Shown: positions 42,968 to 57,108 of the stretch, piece by piece | How positions within the stretch are numbered: position 1 is the first letter of the stretch | How the letters are laid out: each line of letters opens with the position of its first letter | Origin: the human T2T-CHM13v2.0 reference genome, Homo sapiens | NCBI RefSeq assembly: GCF_009914755.1 | Contig: NC_060948.1 | Strand: one strand, 5' to 3' | Length of the DNA stretch: 64,000 nt | Program-made: the position numbers and the translations under genes | Notes under the pieces: model-generated | Told to the model about the DNA's origin: nothing | Seen by the model: the letters and a program-made list of their open reading frames with translations, nothing else | Database searches by the model: none

Positions 42968-45900
42968 AGGCCTGGAATAAAGTGGAATGCTACGGTCTCG
43001 AATGGAATAAAAATGTATGGAATGGAATGCAATGAAACGGAATCGAATGTCATAGAATGTAATGGAATGCAAAAAAATGGAATCCAAAATCACTGACTGG
43101 AAAGGCTGGGTTTCGAAAGGAATTGACTCCAATGGAATGGAATCGAATGGAATGGAAGTGAATACAATCGAATTAAATCGAATGGAATGGAATTGATAGG
43201 AATGGAATGGAAAGGAATGAAATGAATTGGCATGGAATGGAATCGAATGGCATCGAATGGAATGGAATGGAATGCAATGCAATGGAATGTATTAGAATGT
43301 AATGAACTTTAATGGAATGTACTCGAATGGATTCGACTGGAATGGAATGTTCTGGAAGTGAATGCACTCCAATGGAATGGATTCAAAAGGAATGGAATCG
43401 TACGGAATGGAATCTAATGGAATGGAATTAAATGGAAATGAATCAAATTGAATAGCACGGAATTGAATTGAATGGAATCGAATGCAATGGAATCTAATGA
43501 AACGGAAAGGAAAGGAATGGAATGGAATGGAATGGGCTGGAATGGAAAGGAATCGAAACGAATGGAATGGAATCGAACTGAAGAGACTGGAATGGAATGC
43601 ACTGGAATGGAAGGGAGTGTAATGGAAGGTTCTCGAAAAAAATGGAATCGAATGGAATGGAATTGAATGGAACGGAATAGAGTCGAATGGAATTGAATGG
43701 AATGGAATGGACTAGAGTGAAATGGAATCGAACCACAAGGAATGGACAGGAATAGAATGGTCTCGAATTGAATGGAATCTTATGGAATGGCATCAAACGG
43801 AATGGAATGGACAGCCACGGAATGGAATGCACTCGAATGCAATGGAGTCGAAACTAATGGACTGGAATAGAATGGACTCGACTGGTACGGACTCCAATGG
43901 AATGGAATCGAATGGAAGGGAATCGAACGGAATGGACTCGAAGGGAAAAGACTGCAATGGAAAGGTCTCGAATGGAATGGAAATTAATGGAATGGAATGG
44001 AATCGAATGAAATGGAGTCAAAAGGAATGGAATCGAATGGCAAGAAATCGAATGTAATGGAATCGCAAGGAATTGATGTGAACGGAACGGAATGGAATGG
44101 AATCCAAAGGAATGGAATAGAATGGAATGGAATCGAATGGAAAGGACTCGAATGGAAATCACTCGAATAGAATGCAATTTAATAAAATAGGATGAAATGT
44201 AATGGAATGGAATGGAAAGGAATCGAAACGAAAGGAATGGAGACAGATGGAATGGAATGGAACAGAGAGCAATGGTATAGAATGGAATGGAATCATCTGG
44301 AATGGAATTGAATGGAATGGAATAATATGAAATGGAATGGAATGGAATGGAATGCCCTTGAATTAAATGGACTGGAATGGAATGGACTCGAACAGAGTGG
44401 AATGGAAAGTGTTGAGATGGAATGGAATGGACTCGTTGGGAATGGTCTAGTATGCAATGCAATCGACTGGCAGGGAATCAAAAGGAATGTAATCGAATGG
44501 ATTGGACTGGAATGCAATGGACTCGAATAGATTGGAAACGGAATGCAAAGGAATGGAATGGAATAGTATGGAATGGAATGGAAAGGAATGGAGTGGAATA
44601 GACTAGAGTGGAATGGAATGGACTCGAAAGCAATGGACTGGAATGGAACTTTCTTGAATGGACTGGAATCAAACGGAATGGAATGCAATGCAATCAAATG
44701 GCATGGAATAAAATAGAATGAAAGAGAATCAAATGGAATTGAATCGAATGGAATCGAATGGATTGGAAAGGAATAGAATGGAATGGAATGGAATTGACTC
44801 AAATGGAATGGACTAGAATGGAATGGATTCGAATGGAAGGCAAAGGAATGGAATCTATTGGAATGGACTGCAATGGAATGGAATGGAAGGGATTGGAATG
44901 GACTCGAATGGAATGGACTGCAATAGAAAGGATTCGAATGGAATGAAAAAGAATTGAATGGAATAGAACAGAATGGAATCAAATCGAATGAAATGGAATG
45001 GAATAGAAAGGAATGGAATGAAATGGAATGGAAAGGATTCGAATGGAATGCAATCGAATGGAATGGAATCGAACGGAATGGAATAAAATGGAAGAAAACT
45101 GGCAAGAAATGGAATCGAAATGAATGGAGTGTTATGCAACGGACTCAAAAGGAATTGAATGTAATAGAATGGAGTGGAGTAGACTCGAATATAATGGACT
45201 GGAATGGAATGAAATCACATGGAATGGGAACGAATGGAATGGAATGGAAAGGAATGGAATCGAATGGAAAGGAATCGAATGGAAGGGAATGAAATTGAAT
45301 CAACAGGAATGGAAGGGAATAGAATAGACGGTAATGGAATGGACTCGAATAGAATGGACACGAATGCTCAAATTGAATGGACTCGAATGGAATGGAAACG
45401 AAAGGAATGTCATCGAATGGAATTGAATCTATTGGAATGAAATCGCATAGAATGGAGAGGAATCAAATGGAATTGAATCGAAAGGAAAGGAAGCGAATGG
45501 ACTGAAATGAAATGGAATGGAATTGAATTGAAAGTAAAGCAATGGAATAGAATGGAACGAAATTTCACGGAATGGAATCAAACTGAATGGAATCAAATCA
45601 ATGGAATATAATCAAATGGAATGGAAAGGAATTGAATGGAGTAGATGGGATTGGATGGGATTGGAATGAAATGAACTGGAAAGGACTCGAATTTCATGAA
45701 ACGGAATGGAATGAATTGGAACGGAATGGACTCGAATGGAATGGAATGTCATGGAATGGCATCAAATGGAATGGCATCAAATGGAATGGAATCGAATGCA
45801 ATGGAATGCTATGGAATGGAATGGAATGCATTGGAATGGAATGTCCTCTAATGGAATGGATTCGAGTGGAATGGAATCGAATATAATGGAGTCGAATGAA

Positions 45901-46526
45901 ATGGAATTGAAAGGAATGGGATCGAATACAATGGAATATTCTGGAATGTAATGTAATGAACTCGAATGTAATTGACTGGAATGGAATGTACATGAATGGA
46001 ATGTAATCGAATGGAAAGTAATCCAATGGAATAGAATCTAATGCAATAAAATCGACTCAGATAGAGTAGAATGTAATGGAATGGAGTGCAGTGCAATGGA
46101 TTGGAATGGAATGGAATGGAATGCAATGGAATGGAATGGAATGGAATGGAATGGAATGGAATGGGATGGAATGGTATGGAATGGATAGTAATGGACTGGA
46201 GTGAAATGGACTGGAAAGGAATGGACTCAAATTGAAAGGGCTCGAAAGGAATGGAGTCAAATGGAATGGTCTGGAATGGAATGAACACGAATGTAATGCA
46301 ATCCAATAGAATGGAATCGAATGGCATGGAATATAAAGAAATGGAATCGAAGAGAATGGAAACAAACGGAATGGAATTGAATGGAATGGAATTGAATGGA
46401 ATGGGAACGAATGGAGTGAAATTGTATGCAGTAGAAGAGAATAGAATGGAATGCAAGCGAAAGGAAAGGAATGGATTGGAATGGAATGGAATTCATTGGA
46501 ATGGAAGGGAATGTAGTGTAATGGAC
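42968..46526 (+). repeat. DYZ1 unit 13 (3559 bp)
   Basis: AGGCCT at 42968 and 46527. Confidence 0.85.
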
Positions 46527-49500
46527 AGGCCTGGAATAAAGTGGAATGCTACGGTCTCGAATGGAATAAAAATGTATGGAATGGAATGCAATGAAACGGA
46601 ATCGAATGTCATAGAATGTAATGGAATGCAAAAAAATGGAATCCAAAATCATTGACTGGAAAGGCTGGGTGTCGAAAGGAATTGACTCCAATGGAATGGA
46701 ATCGAATGGAATGGAAGTGAATAGAATCGAACTGAATCGAATGGAATGGAATTGATAGGAACGGAATGGAAAGGAATGCAATGATTTGGCATGGAATGGA
46801 ATCGAATGGCATCGAATGGAATGGAATGGAATGCAATGCAATGGAATGTATTAGAATGTAATGAACTTTAAAGGAATGTACTCGAATGGATTCGACTGGA
46901 ATGGAATGTTCTGGAAGTGAATGGACTCCAATGGAATGGATTGAAAAGGAATGGAATCGTACGGAATGGAATCTAATGGAATGGAATTAAATGGAAATGA
47001 ATCAAATTGAATAGCACGAAATTGAATTGAATGGAATCGAATGCAATGGAATCTAATGAAATGGAAAGGAATGGAATGGAATGGAATGGAATGGGCTGGA
47101 ATGGAAAGGAATCGAAACGAATGGAATGGAATCGAACTGAGGAGACTGGAATGGAATACACTTCAATGGAAGGGAATGTAATGGAAGGTTCTCGAAAAAA
47201 ATGGAAACGAATGGAATGGAATTGAATGGAACGGAATAGAGTCGAATGGAATTGAATGGAATGGAATGGACTAGAGTGAAATGGAATCGAACCACAAGGA
47301 ATGGACAGGAATAGAATGGTCTCGAATTGAACGGAATCGTATGGAATGGCATCAAACGGAATGGAATGGACAGCCACGGAATGGAATGCACTCGAATGCA
47401 ATGGAGTCGAAACTAATGGACTGGAATAGAATGGACTCGACTGGTACGGACTCCAATGGAATGGAATCGAATGGAAGGGAATCGAACGGAATGGACTCGA
47501 AGGGAAAAGACTGCAATGGAAAGGTCTCGAATGGAATGGAAATTAATGGAATGGAATGGAATCGAATGAAATGGAGTCAAAAGGAATGGAATCGAATGGC
47601 AAGAAATCGAATGTAATGGAATCGCAAGGAATTGATGTGAACGGAACGGAATGGAATGGAATCCAAAGGAATGGAATAGAATGGAATGGAATCGAATGGA
47701 AAGGACTCGAATGGAAATCACTCGAATAGAATGCAATTTAATAAAATAGGATGAAATGTAATGGAATGGAATGGAAAGGAATCGAAACGAAAGGAATGGA
47801 GACAGATGGAATGGAATGGAACAGAGAGCAATGGTATAGAATGGAATGGAATCATCTGGAATGGAATTGAATGGAATGGAATAATATGAAATGGAATGGA
47901 ATGGAATGGAATGCCCTTGAATTAAATGGACTGGAATGGAATGGACTCGAACAGAGTGGAATGGAAAGTGTTGAGATAGAATGGAATGGAATCGTTGGGA
48001 ATGGTCTAGTATGCAATGCAATCGACTGGCAGGGAATCAAAAGGAATGTAATCGAATGGATTGGACTGGAATGCAATGGACTCGAATAGATTGGAAACGG
48101 AATGCAAAGGAATGGAATGGAATAGTATGGAATGGAATGGAAAGGAATGGAGTGGAATAGACTAGAGTGGAATGGAATGGACTCGAAAGCAATGGACTGG
48201 AATGGAACTTTCTTGAATGGATTGGAATCAAACGGAATGGAATGCAATGCAATCAAATGGCATGGAATAAAATAGAATGAAAGAGAATCAAATGGAATGG
48301 AATCGAATGGAATCGAATGGATTGGAAAGGAATAGAATGGAATGGAATGGAATTGACTCAAATGGAATGGACTAGAATGGAATGGATTCGAATGGAAGGC
48401 AAAGGAATGGAATCTATTGGAATGGACTGCAATGGAATGGAATGGAAGGGATTGGAATGGACTCGAATGGAATGGACTGCAATAGAAAGGATTCGAATGG
48501 CATGAAAAAGAATTGAATGGAATAGAACAGAATGGAATCAAATCGAATGAAATGGAATGGAATAGAAAGGAATGGAATGAAATGGAATGGAAAGGATTCG
48601 AATGGAATGCAATCGAATGGAATGGAATCGAACGGAATGGAATAAAATGGAAGCAAACTGGCAAGAAATGGAATCGAAATGAATGGAGTGTTATGGATCG
48701 GACTCAAAATGAATTGAATGTAATAGAATGGAGTGGAGTGGACTCGAATATAATGGACTGGAATGGAATGAAATCACATGGAATGGGAACGAATGGAATG
48801 GAATGGAAAGGAATGGAATCGAATGGAAAGGAATCGAATGGAAGGGAATGAAATTGAATCAACAGGAATGGAAGGGAATAGAATAGACGGTAATGGAATG
48901 GACTCGAATAGAATGGACACGAATGCTCAAATTGAATGGACTCGAATGGAATGGAAACGAAAGGAATGTCATCGAATGGAATGGAATCGATTGGAATGAA
49001 ATCGCATAGAATGGAGTGGAATCAAATGGAATTGAATCGAAAGGAAAGGAAGCGAATGGACTGAAATGAAATGGAATGGAATTGAATGGAAAGTAATGCA
49101 ATGGAATAGAATGGAACGAAATTTCACGGAATGGAATCAAACTGAATGGAATCAAATCAATGGAATATAATCAAATGGAATGGAAAGGAATTGAATGGAG
49201 TAGATGGGATTGGATGGGATTGGAATGAAATGTACTGGAAAGGACTCGAATTTCATGAAACGGAATGGAATGAATTGGAACGGAATGGACTCGAATGGAA
49301 TGGAATGTCATGGAATGGCATCAAATGGAATGGCATCAAATGGAATGGAATCGAATGCAATGGATTGCTATGGAATGGAATGGAATGCATTGGAATGGAA
49401 TGTCCTCTAATGGAATGGATTCGAGTGGAATGGAATCGAATATAATGGAGTCGAATGAAATGGAATTGAAAGGAATGGGATCGAATACAATGGAATATAC

Positions 49501-50060
49501 TGGAATGTAATGTAATGAACTCGAATGTAATTGACTGGAATGGAATGTACATGAATGGAATGTAATCGAATGGAAAGTAATCCAATGGAATAGAATCTAA
49601 TGCAATAAAATCTACTCAGATAGAGTAGAATGTAATGGAATGGAGTGCAGTGCAATGGAATGGAATGGAATGGAATGCAATGGAGTGGAATGGAATGGGA
49701 TGGAATGGTATGGAATGGATAGTAATGGACTGGAGTGAAATGGACTGGAAAGGAATGGACTCAAATTGAAAGGGCTCGAAAGGAATGGAGTCAAATGGAA
49801 TGGTCTGGAATGGAATGAACACGAATGTAATGCAATCCAATAGAATGGAATCGAATGGCATGGAATATAAAGAAATGCAATCGAAGAGAATGGAAACAAA
49901 CGGAATGGAATTGAATGGAATGGAATTGAATGGAATGGGAACGAATGGAGTGAAATTGTATGCAGTAGAAGAGAATAGAATGGAATGCAAGCGAAAGGAA
50001 AGGAATGGATTGGAATGGAATGGAATTCATTGGAATGGAAGGGAATGTAGTGTAATGGAC
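46527..50060 (+). repeat. DYZ1 unit 14 (3534 bp; first copy with the ACACTTCAAT marker)
   Basis: AGGCCT at 46527 and 50061; GGAATACACTTCAAT at ~47153. Confidence 0.85.
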
Positions 50061-53000
50061 AGGCCTGGAATAAAGTGGAATGCTACGGTCTCGAATGGAA
50101 TAAAAATATATGGAATGGAATGCAATGAAACGGAATCGAACGTCATAGAATGTAATGGAATGCAAAAAAATGGAATCCAAAATCATTGACTGGAAAGGCT
50201 GGGTGTCGAAAGGAATTGACTCCAATGGAATGGAATCGAATGGAATGGAAGTGAATAGAATCGAACTAAATCGAATGGAATGGAATTGATAGGAACGGAA
50301 TGGAAAGGAATGCAATGATTTGGCATGGAATGGAATCGAATGGCATCGAATGGAATGGAATGGAATGCAATGGAATGGAATGTATTAGAATGTAATGAAC
50401 TTTAATGGAATGTACTCGAATGGATTCGACTGGAATGGAATGTTCTGGAAGTGAATGGACTCCAATGGAATGGATTGAAAAGGAATGGAATCGTACGGAA
50501 TGGAATCTAATGGAATGGAATTAAATGGAAATGAATCAAATTGAATAGCACGAAATTGAATTGAATGGAATCGAATGCAATGGAATCTAATGAAATGGAA
50601 AGGAAAGGAATGGAATGGAATGGGCTGGAATGGAAAGGAATCGAAACGAATGGAATGGAATCGAACTGAGGAGACTGGAATGGAATACACTTCAATGGAA
50701 GGGAATGTAATGGAAGGTTCTCGAAAAAAATGGAAACGAATGGAATGGAATTGAATGGAACGGAATAGAGTCGAATGGAATTGAATGGAATGGAATGGAC
50801 TAGAGTGAAATGGAATCGAACCACAAGGAATGGACAGGAATAGAATGGTCTCGAATTGAACGGAATCGTATGGAATGGCATCAAACGGAATGGAATGGAC
50901 AGCCACGGAATGGAATGCACTCGAATGCAATGGAGTCGAAACTAATGGACTGGAATAGAATGGACTCGACTGGTACGGACTCCAATGGAATGGAATCGAA
51001 TGGAAGGGAATCGAACGGAATGGACTCGAAGGGAAAAGACTGCAATGGAAAGGTCTCGAATGGAATGGAAATTAATGGAATGGAATGGAATCGAATGAAA
51101 TGGAGTCAAAAGGAATGGAATCGAATGGCAAGAAATCGAATGTAATGGAATCGCAAGGAATTGATGTGAACGGAACGGAATGGAATGGAATCCAAAGAAA
51201 TGGAATAGAATGGAATGGAATCGAATGGAAAGGACTCGAATGGAAATCACTCGAATAGAATGCAATTTAATAAAATAGGATGAAATGTAATGGAATGGAA
51301 TGGAAAGGAATCGAAACGAAAGGAATGGAGACAGATGGAATGGAATGGAACAGAGAGCAATGGTATAGAATGGAATGGAATCATCTGGAATGGAATTGAA
51401 TGGAATGGAATAATATGAAATGGAATGGAATGGAATGGAATGCCCTTGAATTAAATGGACTGGAATGGAATGGACTCGAACAGAGTGGAATGGAAAGTGT
51501 TGAGATAGAATGGAATGGACTCGTTGGGAATGGTCTAGTATGCAATGCAATCGACTGGCAGGGAATCAAAAGGAATGTAATCGAATGGATTGGACTGGAA
51601 TGCAATGGACTCGAATAGATTGGAAACGGAATGCAAAGGAATGGAATGGAATAGTATGGAATGGAATGGAAAGGAATGGAGTGGAATAGACTAGAGTGGA
51701 ATGGAATGGACTCGAAAGCAATGGACTGGAATGGAACTTTCTTGAATGGACTGGAATCAAACGGAATGGAATGCAATGCAATCAAATGGCATGGAATAAA
51801 ATAGAATGAAAGAGAATCAAATGGAATGGAATCGAATGGAATCGAATGGATTGGAAAGGAATAGAATGGAATGGAATGGAATTGATTCAAATGGAATGGA
51901 CTAGATTGGAATGGATTCGAATGGAAGGCAAAGGAATGGAATCTATTGGAATGGACTGCAATGGAATGGAATGGAAGGGATTGGAATGGACTCGAATGGA
52001 ATGGACTGCAATAGAAAGGATTCGAATGGCATGAAAAAGAATTGAATGGAATAGAACAGAATAGAATCAAATCGAATGAAATGGAATGGAATAGAAAGGA
52101 ATGGAATGAAATGGAATGGAAAGGATTCGAATGGAATGCAATCGAATGGAATGGAATCGAACGGAATGGAATAAAATGGAAGCAAACTGGCAAGAAATGG
52201 AATCGAAATGAATGGAGTGTTATGGATCGGACTCAAAATGAATTGAATGTAATAGAATGGAGTGGAGTGGACTCGAATATAATGGACTGGAATGGAATGA
52301 AATCACATGGAATGGGAACGAATGGAATGGAATGGAAAGGAATGGAATCGAATGGAAAGGAATCGAATGGAAGGGAATGAAATTGAATCAACAGGAATGG
52401 AAGGGAATAGAATAGACGGTAATGGAATGGACTCGAATAGAATGGACACGAATGCTCAAATTGAATGGACTCGAATGGAATGGAAACGAAAGGAATGTCA
52501 TCGAATGGAATGGAATCGATTGGAATGAAATCGCATAGAATGGAGTGGAATCAAATGGAATTGAATCGAAAGGAAAGGAAGCGAATGGACTGAAATGAAA
52601 TGGAATGGAATTGAATGGAAAGTAATGCAATGGAATAGAGTGGAACGAAATTTCACGGAATGGAATCAAACTGAATGGAATCAAATCAATGGAATATAAT
52701 CAAATGGAATGGAAAGGAATTGAATGGAGTAGATGGGATTGGATGGGATTGGAATGAAATGTACTGGAAAGGACTCGAATTTCATGAAACGGAATGGAAT
52801 GAATTGGAACGGAATGGACTCGAATGGAATGGAATGTCATGGAATGGCATCAAAAGGAATGGCATCAAATGGAATGGAATCGAATGCAATGGAATGCTAT
52901 GGAATGGAATGGAATGCATTGGAATGGAATGTCCTCTAATGGAATGGATTCGAGTGGAATGGAATCGAATATAATGGAGTCGAATGAAATGGAATTGAAA

Positions 53001-53584
53001 GGAATGGGATCGAATACAATGGAATATACTGGAATGTAATGTAATGAACTCGAATGTAATTGACTGGAATGGAATGTACATGAATGGAATGTAGTCGAAT
53101 GGAAAGTAATCCAATGGAATAGAATCTAATGCAATAAAATCGACTCAGATAGAGTAGAATGTAATGGAATGGAGTGCAGTGCAATGGAATGGAATGGAAT
53201 GCAATGAAATGGAATGGAATGGGATGGAATGGTATGGAATGGATAGTAATGGACTGGAGTGAAATGGACTGGAAAGGAATGGACTCAAATTGAAAGGGCT
53301 CGAAAGGAATGGAGTCAAATGGAATGGTCTGGAATGGAATGAACACGAATGTAATGCAATCCAATAGAATGGAATCGAATGGCATGGAATATAAAGAAAT
53401 GCAATCGAAGAGAATGGAAACAAACGGAATGGAATTGAATGGAATGGAATTGAATGGAATGGGAACGAATGGAGTGAAATTGTATGCAGTAGAAGAGAAT
53501 AGAATGGAATGCAAGCGAAAGGAAAGGAATGGATTGGAATGGAATGGAATTCATTGGAATGGAAGGGAATGTAGTGTAATGGAC
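50061..53584 (+). repeat. DYZ1 unit 15 (3524 bp)
   Basis: AGGCCT at 50061 and 53585. Confidence 0.85.
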
Positions 53585-56500
53585 AGGCCTGGAATAAAGT
53601 GGAATGCTACGGTCTCGAATGGAATAAAAATATATGGAATGGAATGCAATGAAACGGAATCGAATGTCATAGAATGTAATGGAATGCAAAAAAATGGAAT
53701 CCAAAATCATTGACTGGAAAGGCTGGGTGTCGAAAGGAATTGACTCCAATGGAATGGAATCGAATGGAATGGAAGTGAATAGAATCGAACTAAATCGAAT
53801 GGAATGGAATTGATAGGAACGGAATGGAAAGGAATGCAATGATTTGGCATGGAATGGAATCGAATGGCATCGAATGGAATGGAATGGAATGCAATGGAAT
53901 GGAATGTATTAGAATGTAATGAACTTTAATGGAATGTACTCGAATGGATTCGACTGGAATGGAATGTTCTGGAAGTGAATGGACTCCAATGGAATGGATT
54001 GAAAAGGAATGGAATCGTACGGAATGGAATCTAATGGAATGGAATTAAATGGAAATGAATCAAATTGAATAGCACGAAATTGAATTGAATGGAATCGAAT
54101 GCAATGGAATCTAATGAAATGGAAAGGAAAGGAATGGAATGGAATGGGCTGGAATGGAAAGGAATCGAAACGAATGGAATGGAATCGAACTGAGGAGACT
54201 GGAATGGAATACACTTCAATGGAAGGGAATGTAATGGAAGGTTCTCGAAAAAAATGGAAACGAATGGAATGGAATTGAATGGAACGGAATAGAGTCGAAT
54301 GGAATTGAATGGAATGGAATGGACTAGAGTGAAATGGAATCGAACCACAAGGAATGGACAGGAATAGAATGGTCTCGAATTGAACGGAATCGTATGGAAT
54401 GGCATCAAACGGAATGGAATGGACAGCCACGGAATGGAATGCACTCGAATGCAATGGAGTCGAAACTAATGGACTGGAATAGAATGGACTCGACTGGTAC
54501 GGACTCCAATGGAATGGAATCGAATGGAAGGGAATCGAACGGAATGGACTCGAAGGGAAAAGACTGCAATGGAAAGGTCTCGAATGGAATGGAAATTAAT
54601 GGAATGGAATGGAATCGAATGAAATGGAGTCAAAAGGAATGGAATCGAATGGCAAGAAATCGAATGTAATGGAATCGCAAGGAATTGATGTGAACGGAAC
54701 GGAATGGAATGGAATCCAAAGAAATGGAATAGAATGGAATGGAATCGAATGGAAAGGACTCGAATGGAAATCACTCGAATAGAATGCAATTTAATAAAAT
54801 AGGATGAAATGTAATGGAATGGAATGGAAAGGAATCGAAACGAAAGGAATGGAGACAGATGGAATGGAATGGAACAGAGAGCAATGGTATAGAATGGAAT
54901 GGAATCATCTGGAATGGAATTGAATGGAATGGAATAATATGAAATGGAATGGAATGGAATGGAATGCCCTTGAATTAAATGGACTGGAATGGAATGGACT
55001 CGAACAGAGTGGAATGGAAAGTGTTGAGATAGAATGGAATGGACTCGTTGGGAATGGTCTAGTATGCAATGCAATCGACTGGCAGGGAATCAAAAGGAAT
55101 GTAATCGAATGGATTGGACTGGAATGCAATGGACTCGAATAGATTGGAAACGGAATGCAAAGGAATGGAATGGAATAGTATGGAATGGAATGGAAAGGAA
55201 TGGAGTGGAATAGACTAGAGTGGAATGGAATGGACTCGAAAGCAATGGACTGGAATGGAACTTTCTTGAATGGACTGGAATCAAACGGAATGGAATGCAA
55301 TGCAATCAAATGGCATGGAATAAAATAGAATGAAAGAGAATCAAATGGAATGGAATCGAATGGAATCGAATGGATTGGAAAGGAATAGAATGGAATGGAA
55401 TGGAATTGATTCAAATGGAATGGACTAGATTGGAATGGATTCGAATGGAAGGCAAAGGAATGGAATCTATTGGAATGGACTGCAATGGAATGGAATGGAA
55501 GGGATTGGAATGGACTCGAATGGAATGGACTGCAATAGAAAGGATTCGAATGGCATGAAAAAGAATTGAATGGAATAGAACAGAATAGAATCAAATCGAA
55601 TGAAATGGAATGGAATAGAAAGGAATGGAATGAAATGGAATGGAAAGGATTCGAATGGAATGCAATCGAATGGAATGGAATCGAACGGAATGGAATAAAA
55701 TGGAAGCAAACTGGCAAGAAATGGAATCGAAATGAATGGAGTGTTATGGATCGGACTCAAAATGAATTGAATGTAATAGAATGGAGTGGAGTGGACTCGA
55801 ATATAATGGACTGGAATGGAATGAAATCACATGGAATGGGAACGAATGGAATGGAATGGAAAGGAATGGAATCGAATGGAAAGGAATCGAATGGAAGAGA
55901 ATGAAATTGAATCAACAGGAATGGAAGGGAATAGAATAGACGGTAATGGAATGGACTCGAATAGAATGGACACGAATGCTCAAATTGAATGGACTCGAAT
56001 GGAATGGAAACGAAAGGAATGTCATCGAATGGAATGGAATCGATTGGAATGAAATCGCATAGAATGGAGTGGAATCAAATGGAATTGAATCGAAAGGAAA
56101 GGAAGCGAATGGACTGAAATGAAATGGAATGGAATTGAATGGAAAGTAATGCAATGGAATAGAGTGGAACGAAATTTCACGGAATGGAATCAAACTGAAT
56201 GGAATCAAATCAATGGAATATAATCAAATGGAATGGAAAGGAATTGAATGGAGTAGATGGGATTGGATGGGATTGGAATGAAATGTACTGGAAAGGACTC
56301 GAATTTCATGAAACGGAATGGAATGAATTGGAACGGAATGGACTCGAATGGAATGGAATGTCATGGAATGGCATCAAAAGGAATGGCATCAAATGGAATG
56401 GAATCGAATGCAATGGAATGCTATGGAATGGAATGGAATGCATTGGAATGGAATGTCCTCTAATGGAATGGATTCGAGTGGAATGGAATCGAATATAATG

Positions 56501-57108
56501 GAGTCGAATGAAATGGAATTGAAAGGAATGGGATCGAATACAATGGAATATACTGGAATGTAATGTAATGAACTCGAATGTAATTGACTGGAATGGAATG
56601 TACATGAATGGAATGTAGTCGAATGGAAAGTAATCCAATGGAATAGAATCTAATGCAATAAAATCGACTCAGATAGAGTAGAATGTAATGGAATGGAGTG
56701 CAGTGCAATGGAATGGAATGGAATGCAATGAAATGGAATGGAATGGGATGGAATGGTATGGAATGGATAGTAATGGACTGGAGTGAAATGGACTGGAAAG
56801 GAATGGACTCAAATTGAAAGGGCTCGAAAGGAATGGAGTCAAATGGAATGGTCTGGAATGGAATGAACACGAATGTAATGCAATCCAATAGAATGGAATC
56901 GAATGGCATGGAATATAAAGAAATGCAATCGAAGAGAATGGAAACAAACGGAATGGAATTGAATGGAATGGAATTGAATGGAATGGGAACGAATGGAGTG
57001 AAATTGTATGCAGTAGAAGAGAATAGAATGGAATGCAAGCGAAAGGAAAGGAATGGATTGGAATGGAATGGAATTCATTGGAATGGAAGGGAATGTAGTG
57101 TAATGGAC
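53585..57108 (+). repeat. DYZ1 unit 16 (3524 bp)
   Basis: AGGCCT at 53585 and 57109. Confidence 0.85.
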